Origin: an uncultured Spirochaetota bacterium
GTDB lineage: Bacteria; Spirochaetota; Spirochaetia; SZUA-6; Fen-1364
DNA: 64,000 bases
NCBI GenBank assembly: GCA_963781885.1
Contig: CAWAHW010000001.1
Span: forward strand, 256,001 to 320,000
Direction of reading: 5' to 3'
The notes beneath the pieces were generated by a model. It ran no database searches. It was not told where the DNA came from and saw only the letters and a list, made by a program, of their open reading frames with translations. Made by a program: the position numbers and the translations under genes. Positions 39,707 to 49,172 of this stretch are shown here, one piece after another; the first letter of the stretch is position 1; each line of letters begins with the position of its first letter.

Positions 39707-42101
39707 TTCCCTGCTCCATTCGTGAAAGCATTTCCTCATCCGTGTCCGAGAAGGACGCGCAGACCACGAGCTTCGTCCACGCAGACTCCGTGGTGAGCGG
39801 GCCCAGGGGAATGGCCCCTTCGCGCCACAGCTCGTGGGAGCTCGTGTAGCGGGAGAAGTCCACGATGCCCTCCTGCTGCGAGGTGCAGAATATGTGCACG
39901 CCCTTCTCCCGCGCGGCAAGGAGCGCACGTCGCAGCGAGTAGGGGGAGTCGCGGAGATTTGCCGTGCCCGTGTCATAAAGCTCGAGCACGAAGTTCTTCA
40001 CGCCGCGATCCATGAGCTCGATGAGATGGTCGCCCCGCATGCCCGGGTAGACGCGGAGGATGAGGGAGGTGTCGATGGCGGCCTCCAGGCGCGCGCGCAA
40101 CGCGTCGCGGTCCTGCGCGAAGGGCACCTCCGCAAAGAGCGGGCTCCCGGTGTGACAGGGTTTCGCCATGTTCCAGTTGCGAAACCCGTCGGCAGCGATG
40201 CGCTCGAATTTCAGATTGACCGGCGAAAGGATCCGGCCCCCGAATGCGACATACACCCCGGGCTCCATCTCCTCCGCGGCCTGTATCGCGCGGCGCAGCG
40301 TGGGAATGGCGTCGCTGCCCGGCCAACCCGCCGGCTGCAGGGCTGCGGCAAGCACGATGGGCACGGGAGGCCGGGGGAAAAGCCAGTACACGAGCGACGC
40401 CGTGTAAGACAAGGTGTCCGTGCCGTGCGTCACGACGATGCCCGCCGCCCTTCCGCCGCGCAGCCTTTCGTCGATGAGGGAAATGAGCCGCGCCCAGTCA
40501 TCGGGGGTGATCTCTTCCGAAAGGATGCGGCCGACCTCACCCTCTTCGAATGCGATCTTTCGGGAAAAGGCGCCTTCCGCTTCCAGGAGGCGCATGATCT
40601 CCGCGGGGTCGCCTGCCCCGACGTCGCCTTGCGCGGAGGTGGTGCCCGCAATGGCGCCGCCCAGGGAAAGGATCTGGATCACCGACACGGCGAGCTTCTG
40701 CTTCACCAGGGATTGCACGCGCGCGGGGTCGGCGCGACCCGAGGTGGCGTGCATGATCTCACCGATCAGGAACGTGGTGGGCCTGCTGTCGCCGCCGCGG
40801 ATGGTGGCCACCGCCGCCGGGTGAGCAGCCATGACCTTTTCAATATAGCCGGCCAGGACGCCGGGGTCCGTGATCTGTTCCCAGCCCTTTTCCCGGATTA
40901 TCGCCGCGGGATCCTTGTCCTCCGCGAATATCGCTTCGACCACGGACTTGGCGATGCGGCCGTGGATGCGCTTGTCCGCCAGGAGCTGGAGCATTTCCGC
41001 GAAGCGCTCCGGTGTGAGCGGGCTCTGGGAAAGAGACGCCCCTGTCCGATTGAGATGCTTCTTCACGTCGGAGGCAAGCCAGAGCGCCGCGCTTTTCGCA
41101 TCCGCTCCCCGCTTCACCGAGGCTTCGAAGAAATCCGCCGTTTCCCTCTCTTCGCAGAGGAAGTCAGCCTGGTCCTCCGACAGCCCCATCGCGTCGATGA
41201 AGCGCTTCTTGCGCGCCTCGGGAAGCTCCACGAGTGCCCTCTCCACGCCGCGGAGGAAGTCCGCATCCGGGGCGAAGGGCGGCAGGTCGGGCTCGGGGAA
41301 ATAGCGGTAGTCGGACGAGCTCTCCTTTGTCCGCATGCTCTCCGTCACGTCGCGGTTCTCGTTCCACAGGCGCGTCTCCTGCGTGACGGTGCCTCCCCGG
41401 CTCAGGATCTCCGTCTGGCGCTCGATCTCGAACGTGATCGCTTTGCGGACGAACTTGAAGGAGTTGAGGTTCTTCACCTCGACCTTGCACCCCAGTCCCT
41501 GCCCCTCGAGATTGACGGACACGTTGGCATCGCAGCGCAGCGAGCCTTCCTCCATGTTCCCGTCGCAGACCCCGAGATAGCGCACCATGCGGCGGAGCTG
41601 TTGGAGGAAGACCTCCGCCTCTTCCCCGACCTCCAGGTCGGGCTGCGTGACGATCTCCAGGAGAGGCGTACCGGCCCGGTTGTAGTCCAGGAGAGTCATG
41701 TCCCCGGCATGGATCATCTTGCCGGCGTCCTCCTCCAGGTGCACCTCCCGGATGCGGACGCGCTTGCGGCGCTTGCGCAGCTCGATGTCCACCCAGCCGT
41801 CGGTGCCCAACGGGGAGCGGAACTGCGAAATCTGGTAGTTCTTCGGCAGGTCGGGATAGAAGTAGTTCTTCCGCTCGAAGAGCGTGGAGGCGGCAAGGGT
41901 GCAGTTCAGCGCGCGCGCAACGACGTAGCCCATGCGGATCGCTTCCGCGTTCAGGGCGGGGAGCACCCCAGGATAGCCCATGCAGACGGGGCAGACATTC
42001 GTGTTGGGCTCGGAGCCGAAGGCGGCGCGGCAACCGCAGAAGACCTTCGTCCGCGTGAGAAGCTGGGTGTGGACCTCAAGACCGAGGTAGGAGACGTACA
42101 T
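39687..42101 (-). CDS. gatB: GatB fused to a C-terminal L-asparaginase/GatD-like domain
   Basis: GLEVH, RKNYFYPDLPKNYQISQ, HLEEDAGK, EVKNLNS, YRYFPEPDL and a YqeY-like tail; then about 330 aa with LGGAIA, HGTDT and LTTESAWTKL. Confidence 0.9.
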   Translation of the reverse strand: MYVSYLGLEVHTQLLTRTKVFCGCRAAFGSEPNTNVCPVCMGYPGVLPALNAEAIRMGYVVARALNCTLAASTLFERKNYFYPDLPKNYQISQFRSPLGTDGWVDIELRKRRKRVRIREVHLEEDAGKMIHAGDMTLLDYNRAGTPLLEIVTQPDLEVGEEAEVFLQQLRRMVRYLGVCDGNMEEGSLRCDANVSVNLEGQGLGCKVEVKNLNSFKFVRKAITFEIERQTEILSRGGTVTQETRLWNENRDVTESMRTKESSSDYRYFPEPDLPPFAPDADFLRGVERALVELPEARKKRFIDAMGLSEDQADFLCEERETADFFEASVKRGADAKSAALWLASDVKKHLNRTGASLSQSPLTPERFAEMLQLLADKRIHGRIAKSVVEAIFAEDKDPAAIIREKGWEQITDPGVLAGYIEKVMAAHPAAVATIRGGDSRPTTFLIGEIMHATSGRADPARVQSLVKQKLAVSVIQILSLGGAIAGTTSAQGDVGAGDPAEIMRLLEAEGAFSRKIAFEEGEVGRILSEEITPDDWARLISLIDERLRGGRAAGIVVTHGTDTLSYTASLVYWLFPRPPVPIVLAAALQPAGWPGSDAIPTLRRAIQAAEEMEPGVYVAFGGRILSPVNLKFERIAADGFRNWNMAKPCHTGSPLFAEVPFAQDRDALRARLEAAIDTSLILRVYPGMRGDHLIELMDRGVKNFVLELYDTGTANLRDSPYSLRRALLAAREKGVHIFCTSQQEGIVDFSRYTSSHELWREGAIPLGPLTTESAWTKLVVCASFSDTDEEMLSRMEQGNADACL

Positions 42102-42103
42102 CG

Positions 42104-43487
42104 CTACCTCCATCCTGCCGGAAAGCCCGGAGCATCGGGGGACGGGAAGGCCTTCTCCAGCTCTCGGCAGGCAGCGAAAAGCGCGTCCTCCCCGAAGGCA
42201 GGAGCGAGGAACTGCATGCCGATGGGCAGCCCCGCCTCCACCGCGGCGGGAAAGGAGAGGGCGGGCAGCCCCGCGAGATTGGCGGCGCAGGTGAAGATGT
42301 CGGCGAGCTTCTGCGTGAAAGGATCCGCATCGGCGCCTCCCCGTGTGAAAGGCGGCACCGGATAGACGGGCATGAGCACGAGGTCCACGCCGCTGAATGC
42401 CTTCTGGAAGTCATTGCGGATTGCCGTACGGATCTTCTGCGCCCGCAGGTAGTACTCGTCCTGAAAGCCCGAGCGCAGGACGTAGGTGCCCAGGAGGATG
42501 CGCAGCTTCACCTCGGGCCCCAGCCCTGCCGTGCGGGAGGCAACCGTCATGGCATCCGGCGTCTCCGCGCGCGGCGAGCGTTTTCCGTAACGCACGCCGT
42601 CGAAACGGGCCAGGTTTGCGCTCGCCTCTGCCGTGGCAATGACATAATAGGAGGAGACAACGTGGTCCAAGGTCGGAAACGATATCTCGTGCACCGCGTG
42701 GCCCAGCTCTTCCAGCCTGCGCCGTGTCTTTTCGAAGGTCTTCTTCACGTCGGCATGCATGGGCACGTCGGCGCACTCCCGCGGCACGCCGATGGAGAGC
42801 TTCCCCCGGGGCTTGCCTGCCCGGCTGCCACGCGAGGGACGACTGGTCGAGCGCATCGGCGCCGCGCATGAGGGAAAAGGCCTTCTCCGTCATGTCCACG
42901 GTCTTTGCCATGACGCCGATCACTTCCAGGGACGAGGCGTAGGCGACAAGCCCGAATCGGGAGACTGCTCCCCAGGTAGGCTTCAGGCCGTAGATGCCGC
43001 AAAAGGAAGCCGGCTGCCGGACGGATCCGCCCGTGTCGCTTCCCAGCCCGAATGCCGCAAAGCCGGCGGCAACCGCCGCGGCAGACCCGCCGCTTGAGCC
43101 CCCCGGCACCCGGTCGGGGTTCCACGGGTTTCGCGTGACCTTGAGGGCGGAGTTCTCCGTGGACGAGCCCATGCCGAACTCGTCGAGATTCGTCTTTCCG
43201 GCAACCACCGCGCCCGCCTTCTGCAGCCGTTCCACCACCGTGGCCGAGTAGGGAGAGACGAAATCGGAGAGCAGCCGGGAGCCGCAGGTGAGTCGGAAGC
43301 CGCGGACGGCGATATTGTCCTTGACGGCAAATGGAACGCCCGCAAGCGGACCCTCCGGGGCGGAATCCGCCGCGCCGAGAACGGGATCGAACTGGAGGAA
43401 GCTGCCCACGGCGTCATCGCGCGACGCGACGAAAGCCTTCCACCGCTCCCGTGATTCCGCATGTGCCGCCAGGCCCAGCCAGTCCAT
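42104..43487 (-). CDS. gatA: Glu/Asp-tRNA amidotransferase subunit A with an apparent frameshift near 42800-42830
   Basis: [28 protein letters not shown] and GSDTGGS in ORF 42411-43487; [14 protein letters not shown] and GLPIGMQ in ORF 42104-42856. Confidence 0.88.
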
Positions 43488-43522
43488 TGTTCCTCCGCCG
43501 CGAATCGGCGCGTCGCGATGTT

Positions 43523-43807
43523 TCAGAGTACGTTCGGAATGACGATGAAGCGGTCCTCGCGCTCGGGAGAGCTGTCGAGGAGCGTGGCGGAGAGCGACGG
43601 CCCGGTTTCGACGTCCGCGCGAAGGCGATTCTCGCGCAGAAGCGGGTGGGTGGTCGGCTCCAAGCCTTGAATGTCGATCTCTTTCATGTGGGAGAAGTGC
43701 TGGAGCATCTGCTCGACGGCGACTCCGAGCCTGCCAAGCTCATCATCGGTCAGGGACAGGCGGGCCATGCGTGCCGTGAGCTTGAGCTCCGTGGCGTCCA
43801 TGGACAC
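43523..43807 (-). CDS. gatC: Amidotransferase subunit C
   Basis: [17 protein letters not shown] and FIVIPNVL; directly upstream of gatA. Confidence 0.9.
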   Translation of the reverse strand: MSMDATELKLTARMARLSLTDDELGRLGVAVEQMLQHFSHMKEIDIQGLEPTTHPLLRENRLRADVETGPSLSATLLDSSPEREDRFIVIPNVL

Positions 43808-44014
43808 AGTTAACCCGCGCCCCCCTGTCCTGTCAAGGCGCGGGGGGTGTGCGGCAACGGCGCGACGTTAGCTGACGTTCGACGCTTGACGCCACACGGT
43901 CGGTATCCGTACATTCTCTAGGGGGATTCTCGCTCCCATCACACAAGGACCTTCTTTCGCGCAACGCACGGCACAGGAAGATGCGATTTTACACCTTCCG
44001 GTCGAAAATTGCGT

Positions 44015-44042
44015 TTGACGATGAGCACATGCATGGTACAAT
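44015..44042 (+). promoter_or_regulatory. Putative sigma70 promoter with extended -10
   Basis: TTGACG-16 nt-TACAAT, with TG one base before the -10. Confidence 0.5.
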
Positions 44043-44068
44043 ACTGCGCGCAAAAACGAGGAACATGA

Positions 44069-45490
44069 GTGGTAAAAAAGGATTTCCCCAAGATACATTT
44101 CTACGATCAGGATCTCGTATCGCTCTATGATGAAACGTGGCTTCTGATCAAGGACTATTGGAAAAAGGGCACCGAGGCAAACGGGTTTCACGGCCGCTAC
44201 TTCGCGCACCCCGACAGCGTGCGCATCAACCAGTTCGATGCCTGCTTCGCCACTTTCTTCCTCGTCTATTCCAATCGCATATTCCCCGTGATGTCCTGCC
44301 TGGACAATTTCTATTCCCGGCAGGAGGAGTCGGGCGCCATCCGCGGCGAATACCGGGAATCCGACGGCAAGCCCGTCCACTCGAAGGACAATCCCAAGGG
44401 CGTTCTCCCGCCCCTTTTCGCCTGGGCGGAGTTCAATATCTACCACAAGCTCGGGGTGAAGAAGCGCATCCGCGAAGTGCTGCCGGTGCTGGAGAAGTAC
44501 TTCCGCTGGATCGAAGAGAACTTCAAGACGGCCAGCGGCATGTACTCCGTGCCGCTCGCCGCGACAATGATGGAAAACTCGCCCCGGGACGGCATGTTTT
44601 ACCCCATCGATTTCAACTCGCAGATGGCGCTCTCCGCGTTCTATATCTCGGAGCTCGCCGACATCATCAATGACAAGGAGACAAACTATACCTACAAAAA
44701 GGCCTACTTCTCGCTGAAGACGAAGATCAACGCCCTGATGTGGGACGAGCGGGACGGCTTCTACTACGACCTGGACGAATCGGAAAAGCGGCTCAAGGTG
44801 AAAACTATCGCCTCGTTCTGGCCGCTGATCGCCGAGATTCCCAACGAGGCGCGCGGGGAAAGGCTCATCGAGCACCTCGTGGATCCCCACGAGTTCGGCA
44901 TCGAGAACCCATTCCCCACGCTGGCCGTCAAGGACAAGAGATTCGACACGCAGGGGTCGGGATATCGGGGATCCGTCTACCCGCCGTACAATTACATGAT
45001 CATCAAAGGCCTGGAGAAATACAAAAGGCACGACCTCTCGCGGGAGTTCGCCATCCGGCACCTCTATCACGTACTGGACGGGCTGTACACGACCAGCGGC
45101 AAGAAGGGCTCCCTCTACGAGGCATATGCCCCGCACACGGAAGGCCCGGCGAAATGGCCGGGGAAAAAGGGCTTCCCCCGCACGATGTTTGCGCCCTACA
45201 CGGCGCTCACGACCATTTCCCTCATGCTCGAGAATATCATCGGGCTTGATATCTCCCTGCCGCGGAAGACCGTGGACTGGACCATCCCCACGCTGGAGGC
45301 AATGGGCATCGACGACCTTGCGCTGAAACGCAACCTCATCTCCATCCTTAGCGCAAAAAGCAGCAGGGGCTGGGAAGTGCACCTGGAAAGCGAAAAGCTG
45401 TATTACCTGACCATCGACCTTTTTGGCGCGCGCAGCAAAACGTTGCCCATTCCGTCAGGCAGATGCTCCATCCTGGTGGATAAGCTGTAG
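44069..45490 (+). CDS. GH63/trehalase-like (alpha/alpha)6 glycoside hydrolase
   Basis: QFDACF, PPLFAWAE, MENSPR, MWDERDGFYYD, YRGSVYPP.NY and LYEAYAP resemble MGH1/GH63 motifs. Confidence 0.7.
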   Translation: MVKKDFPKIHFYDQDLVSLYDETWLLIKDYWKKGTEANGFHGRYFAHPDSVRINQFDACFATFFLVYSNRIFPVMSCLDNFYSRQEESGAIRGEYRESDGKPVHSKDNPKGVLPPLFAWAEFNIYHKLGVKKRIREVLPVLEKYFRWIEENFKTASGMYSVPLAATMMENSPRDGMFYPIDFNSQMALSAFYISELADIINDKETNYTYKKAYFSLKTKINALMWDERDGFYYDLDESEKRLKVKTIASFWPLIAEIPNEARGERLIEHLVDPHEFGIENPFPTLAVKDKRFDTQGSGYRGSVYPPYNYMIIKGLEKYKRHDLSREFAIRHLYHVLDGLYTTSGKKGSLYEAYAPHTEGPAKWPGKKGFPRTMFAPYTALTTISLMLENIIGLDISLPRKTVDWTIPTLEAMGIDDLALKRNLISILSAKSSRGWEVHLESEKLYYLTIDLFGARSKTLPIPSGRCSILVDKL

Positions 45491-45560
45491 CCGCGGATGG
45501 CGAAATCGGCCGAGGCCGTGGATGGCCGAGAGGCCGATTAGGGAGGGGCAAGGCTCTTCG

Positions 45561-46148
45561 CTAGAAGGCGTTGCGTCCCTTGAATGAACGCATGAGGGTC
45601 TGCTTGTCGGCGTACTCCAGATCGCCGCCAACGGGAAGCCCAAAGGCAATGCGTGAGACCTTGACGCCCGTTTCCTTGAGCGCCTTCACCATGTAAAGGG
45701 CCGTGGTCTCGCCTTCAACGGTCGGGTTTGTCGCGAGTATCACTTCCTGCACGCCGCCTCTTTTCACCCTTTCGACGAGCGAGCCGATGCGGAGGCTGTC
45801 AGGTCCGATCCCATCGATGGGGGAGATCGCTCCCATGAGGACGTGGTAGAGCCCGTGGTGCTCGTGGATGGATTCGATGGTGAGCACGTCGCGGGGCTCC
45901 TCCACGACGCAGATCGACGCGCGATCGCGCGACGCGTCCGTGCAGATGCTGCACGGGTCAACGTCTGTATACGTTCCGCACATGCTGCACGGCCGGATCG
46001 TCTCCCGCAGCCGGCCCAGGTCTTCCGCGAGCGCCCGCACGAGCGATTCGTCGGTGCGCAGGAGGTAGTAGGCGATGCGCGACGCGCTTTTTCTCCCCAG
46101 GCCGGGAAGACGCGCGAGATTGCCCATCAGCCTCTCAAGGGCATTCAT
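45561..46148 (-). CDS. recR: Recombination mediator RecR
   Basis: LPGLGRKSA, C4 zinc finger, ATNPTVEGE and GLPVGGDLEYAD. Confidence 0.95.
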   Translation of the reverse strand: MNALERLMGNLARLPGLGRKSASRIAYYLLRTDESLVRALAEDLGRLRETIRPCSMCGTYTDVDPCSICTDASRDRASICVVEEPRDVLTIESIHEHHGLYHVLMGAISPIDGIGPDSLRIGSLVERVKRGGVQEVILATNPTVEGETTALYMVKALKETGVKVSRIAFGLPVGGDLEYADKQTLMRSFKGRNAF

Positions 46149-46150
46149 GC

Positions 46151-46474
46151 TCAGAGCCCGAACATCCCCGGCGGCAGGCCCAGCATCCCCGTTGCCTGGG
46201 AGACCTCGTCGCGTATCTTTTCCTTTAGCCGTGCAAGCGCGTCCGTCATGGCGGCCAGCACGAGGTCCTGCAGCATCGGCACGTCGCGTGGGTCCACCGC
46301 CTCCGGGGCGATGGTCACCTTCTCCACCAGCATCTGGCCGTTCATCTCCACGGTCACCATGCCGCCGCCGGCGGAGCCGGTGACGCGCACGGTCTTCAGC
46401 TTCTCCTGGATCTCCCCGACGCGGGATTGCAGCCCCTGGAGCTGCTTCAGCATCTCAAACGGATTTGTCGCCAT
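46151..46474 (-). CDS. ybaB: YbaB/EbfC nucleoid-associated protein
   Basis: GSAGGGMV.V..NG and LQDLVLAA; located between dnaX and recR. Confidence 0.92.
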   Translation of the reverse strand: MATNPFEMLKQLQGLQSRVGEIQEKLKTVRVTGSAGGGMVTVEMNGQMLVEKVTIAPEAVDPRDVPMLQDLVLAAMTDALARLKEKIRDEVSQATGMLGLPPGMFGL

Positions 46475-48008
46475 GCCCTTCCCCTTTCACGACCTCGCCG
46501 CGGAACACCTTGCGGAGCAGCTCCACCCTCTGGTCCACCTTCACCGGTTCCACGTGCGCTTCGCTATAGACCGAGCGCACGCGCTTCACCGTCGGCAGAA
46601 ACGCCGCAACGCGCGTCGTGAGCATATCCTTGTCCGTCTGCACGACCTCGCCCTGGAATCGGTCCCGTGCAGAAAATGTCATGACGAGGTCTTCCCCTTC
46701 CAAGGACGCGGAGAGGACCCGGTCCAGGGCCGAGGAGAGCGCCGGCTTCTCCCGGCGCAGCGCCTCGCCGATCTTTTTGATCACCTGCACGGGCTCGATC
46801 GCTGCCGCATCCACCTGCACCGGCACGGCGGCAGGCGCCGCGGCCGCGATGTGCACCCCCGGCGTGCCGACGATCTGAGCGCGCATATCCTGCAAAGCCT
46901 GGCGCATCTCCTGCGGGCTGATGAGCGCGTCCAACTCTGAAAGGCGCGTGAGGAGAAGCTCGAGCTCGAAACGCTGGTTGAGGGAAAACCGTATGTTGCG
47001 GTACAGGCTCAGGAGCAGCTCGATCGCCTTCTCGATCTGCTCCGCCCGCAGGGATTGGAGGACGCCGGCGTCGAAATCCTCCGGCGCATAGCCCAACAGG
47101 GTGTCCTTCGTGATGCCGCTCTTCAGGAAGAGCAGGTTGCGGAAATACTCGGTGAGGTTGACGACGAACTGCTCGAGGGAGACCCCCGACGCGAGCACGG
47201 TGTCCACGCGCTCGAGGACCTTGCCGACGTCTCCTGCGCGCAAAAGACGCGCGAAATCGTTCAGCTCGTCGATGCCGAGCACCCCGAGCTTCTCCCGGAT
47301 GCGGTCCAGCGTGAGGGAGCCGTCCGCGAAAGACGCCACCTGGTCGAGCAGTGTGTACGCGTCGCGCAGGGACCCGGTCGCCTCCTTCGCGATCCAGATC
47401 AGCGCGCGGTCCTCCGCCTGGAGACCCAGCTCACCGGCCGCCTCGCGCAGCTTCTCCTTGATCTCCCCCGTGGAGATGAGACGGAAATTGTACTGCTGGC
47501 ACCGGGAGCGGATGGTGGCAGGGACCTTGTGGACCTCGGTGGTGGCAAAGATGAACACGATGTAGGGCGGCGGCTCCTCGATGGTCTTCAGGAGCGCATT
47601 GAAGGCGCTGTTGGAGAGCATGTGCACTTCATCGATGATATACACCTTGAAGCGCCCCACATTCGGCGCGAAGAGCACCTCGTCGCGGATGGCCCGCACG
47701 TCGTTCACGCTCGTGTTGGAGGCGCCGTCGATCTCGATGACGTCGAGGCTTGCCCCGCGCGCGATCTCCGTGCAGCTCGCGCAGACCCCGCAGGGTGAAT
47801 CCGTCGGGCCCTTCTCACAGTTCAGCGCGCGCGCGAGGATCCGCGCGACGGAGGTCTTCCCCACGCCGCGGGGGCCGGCAAAAAGGTAGGCGTGCGCGAT
47901 GCGCCCCTGGCGGATGGAGCTGGTGAGTGTGGCGGTGACGAACTCCTGGCCGACGAGCTGGAGAAAGTTCTGGGGCCGCTTGCGCGTCGAGGTGACTTCA
48001 TACGACAT
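46455..48008 (-). CDS. dnaX: DNA polymerase III gamma/tau subunit
   Basis: GPRGVGKT, EIDGASN, IIDEVHML, LLKTIEEPP and SRC. Confidence 0.95.
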   Translation of the reverse strand: MSYEVTSTRKRPQNFLQLVGQEFVTATLTSSIRQGRIAHAYLFAGPRGVGKTSVARILARALNCEKGPTDSPCGVCASCTEIARGASLDVIEIDGASNTSVNDVRAIRDEVLFAPNVGRFKVYIIDEVHMLSNSAFNALLKTIEEPPPYIVFIFATTEVHKVPATIRSRCQQYNFRLISTGEIKEKLREAAGELGLQAEDRALIWIAKEATGSLRDAYTLLDQVASFADGSLTLDRIREKLGVLGIDELNDFARLLRAGDVGKVLERVDTVLASGVSLEQFVVNLTEYFRNLLFLKSGITKDTLLGYAPEDFDAGVLQSLRAEQIEKAIELLLSLYRNIRFSLNQRFELELLLTRLSELDALISPQEMRQALQDMRAQIVGTPGVHIAAAAPAAVPVQVDAAAIEPVQVIKKIGEALRREKPALSSALDRVLSASLEGEDLVMTFSARDRFQGEVVQTDKDMLTTRVAAFLPTVKRVRSVYSEAHVEPVKVDQRVELLRKVFRGEVVKGEGHGDKSV

Positions 48009-48022
48009 GTTCGTAGGCCTCC

Positions 48023-48070
48023 GCGCCGCGGTATTCCGCGGATTCTGGCGCCGCGGTATTCCGCGGATTC
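48023..48070. repeat. 23-bp direct repeat, two copies, in the dnaX leader
   Basis: GCGCCGCGGTATTCCGCGGATTC at 48023-48045 and 48048-48070. Confidence 0.85.
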
Positions 48071-48104
48071 AGCCGACGGCCGGAAAAGCAACCCCTCCAG
48101 CTCC

Positions 48105-48200
48105 GTCCAAGCCTCTTACGGCTCATGAACACGCTGCTTACCGCTGCTCCCTTCCGGGCCTGACGGGGTTAGGCAACAGCCCATAGCGTATGACCTGAAC
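48105..48200 (-). ncRNA. ffs: Signal recognition particle (4.5S) RNA
   Basis: Contains the domain IV motif GTCAGGCCCGGAAGGGAGCAGC; ends GTTCAGG/CTTGGAC can pair; upstream of dnaX. Confidence 0.92.
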
Positions 48201-48221
48201 ATCAACGCCAAAGGGGTTGTA

Positions 48222-48308
48222 CGGAGAGAGTGGGATTCGAACCCACGGTACCCTTACGAGTACACACGCCTTCCAAGCGTGCACCTTCGGCCACTCGGTC
48301 ATCTCTCC
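48222..48308 (-). tRNA. tRNA-Ser(GGA)
   Basis: Anticodon arm CACGC-TTGGAAG-GCGTG, long variable arm and GTTCGAATC T-loop; CCA not encoded. Confidence 0.95.
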
Positions 48309-48456
48309 AAGCACCTTCCCGCGCCCGTGCCTCCGGCGGGCTCTCGTGCGGTCTGACGGTGCGGGGGCGGCTGCGGACGGGCAGGCGCCCGGGCACCCCG
48401 GACGAGCGTGCGGACGCTCGGATACCGTTCGTGGTGCCGGCGTGAAAAAGACCTCG

Positions 48457-48543
48457 CGGAGAGAGTGGGATTCGAACCCACGGAGCCGCAAGCGGCTCAA
48501 CGGTTTTCGAGACCGCCCGATTCGACCGCTCTCGCATCTCTCC
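48457..48543 (-). tRNA. tRNA-Ser(CGA)
   Basis: Anticodon arm GCGGT-CTCGAAA-ACCGT with long variable arm. Confidence 0.95.
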
Positions 48544-48554
48544 CTTTTCGACTA

Positions 48555-48628
48555 CGTGCCCAAGAGGATTCGAACCTCCGGCCTTTGGATCCGCAATCCA
48601 ATGCTCTATCCAGCTGAGCTATGGGCAC
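48555..48628 (-). tRNA. tRNA-Arg(GCG)
   Basis: Anticodon arm TTGGA-TTGCGGA-TCCAA; D-arm AGCTCAGCTGGATAGAGC. Confidence 0.93.
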
Positions 48629-48767
48629 CTGATTCCATGAGCACCTCGGTCTTCAAATCTACGGGCTCGCTTCCGTCCATCCCTGGACTCGCTCGCCCTC
48701 GTCTTCCATGATTACGCCGCGCCGTTCGTGCATCCTTGCACGCGGCGCGGCTCGACTTCCCTGTCTA

Positions 48768-48855
<88 letters not shown>

Positions 48856-48942
48856 AGATCCAGCACCTCCCCGGAAAATCCTTTGCACGCCGGGGGTCCC
48901 CTCAACGAATCTCCTGGTGACCGGGGGCAGGAGAAAAGTGAC

Positions 48943-49030
48943 CGGAGAGGGAGGGATTCGAACCCCCGGAACCGCGGAGCGGCTCAACGGTTTTCAAGAC
49001 CGCCTCCTTCGACCACTCGGACACCTCTCC
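48943..49030 (-). tRNA. tRNA-Ser(TGA)
   Basis: Anticodon arm GCGGT-CTTGAAA-ACCGT with long variable arm. Confidence 0.95.
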
Positions 49031-49109
49031 CGAGCATAAAGAAATGCGCCCCCAGCCCGTCTGCATCATGACGAGCGACAGCGCATTGCTCTCCTCTACT
49101 GGCAGGCTC

Positions 49110-49138
49110 ACTATAATCATCGACCCGCCCTTTGTCAA
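49110..49138 (-). promoter_or_regulatory. Sigma70 promoter for the tRNA/ffs cluster
   Basis: Minus strand TTGACA-17 nt-TATAGT. Confidence 0.7.
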
Positions 49139-49172
49139 CAAAAGGGCACGCCCCACCAGACGCCACGCGTCC

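Noticed and set aside
39834-42365. 843-aa plus-strand ORF
   Set aside because: Antisense shadow of the gatB fusion.
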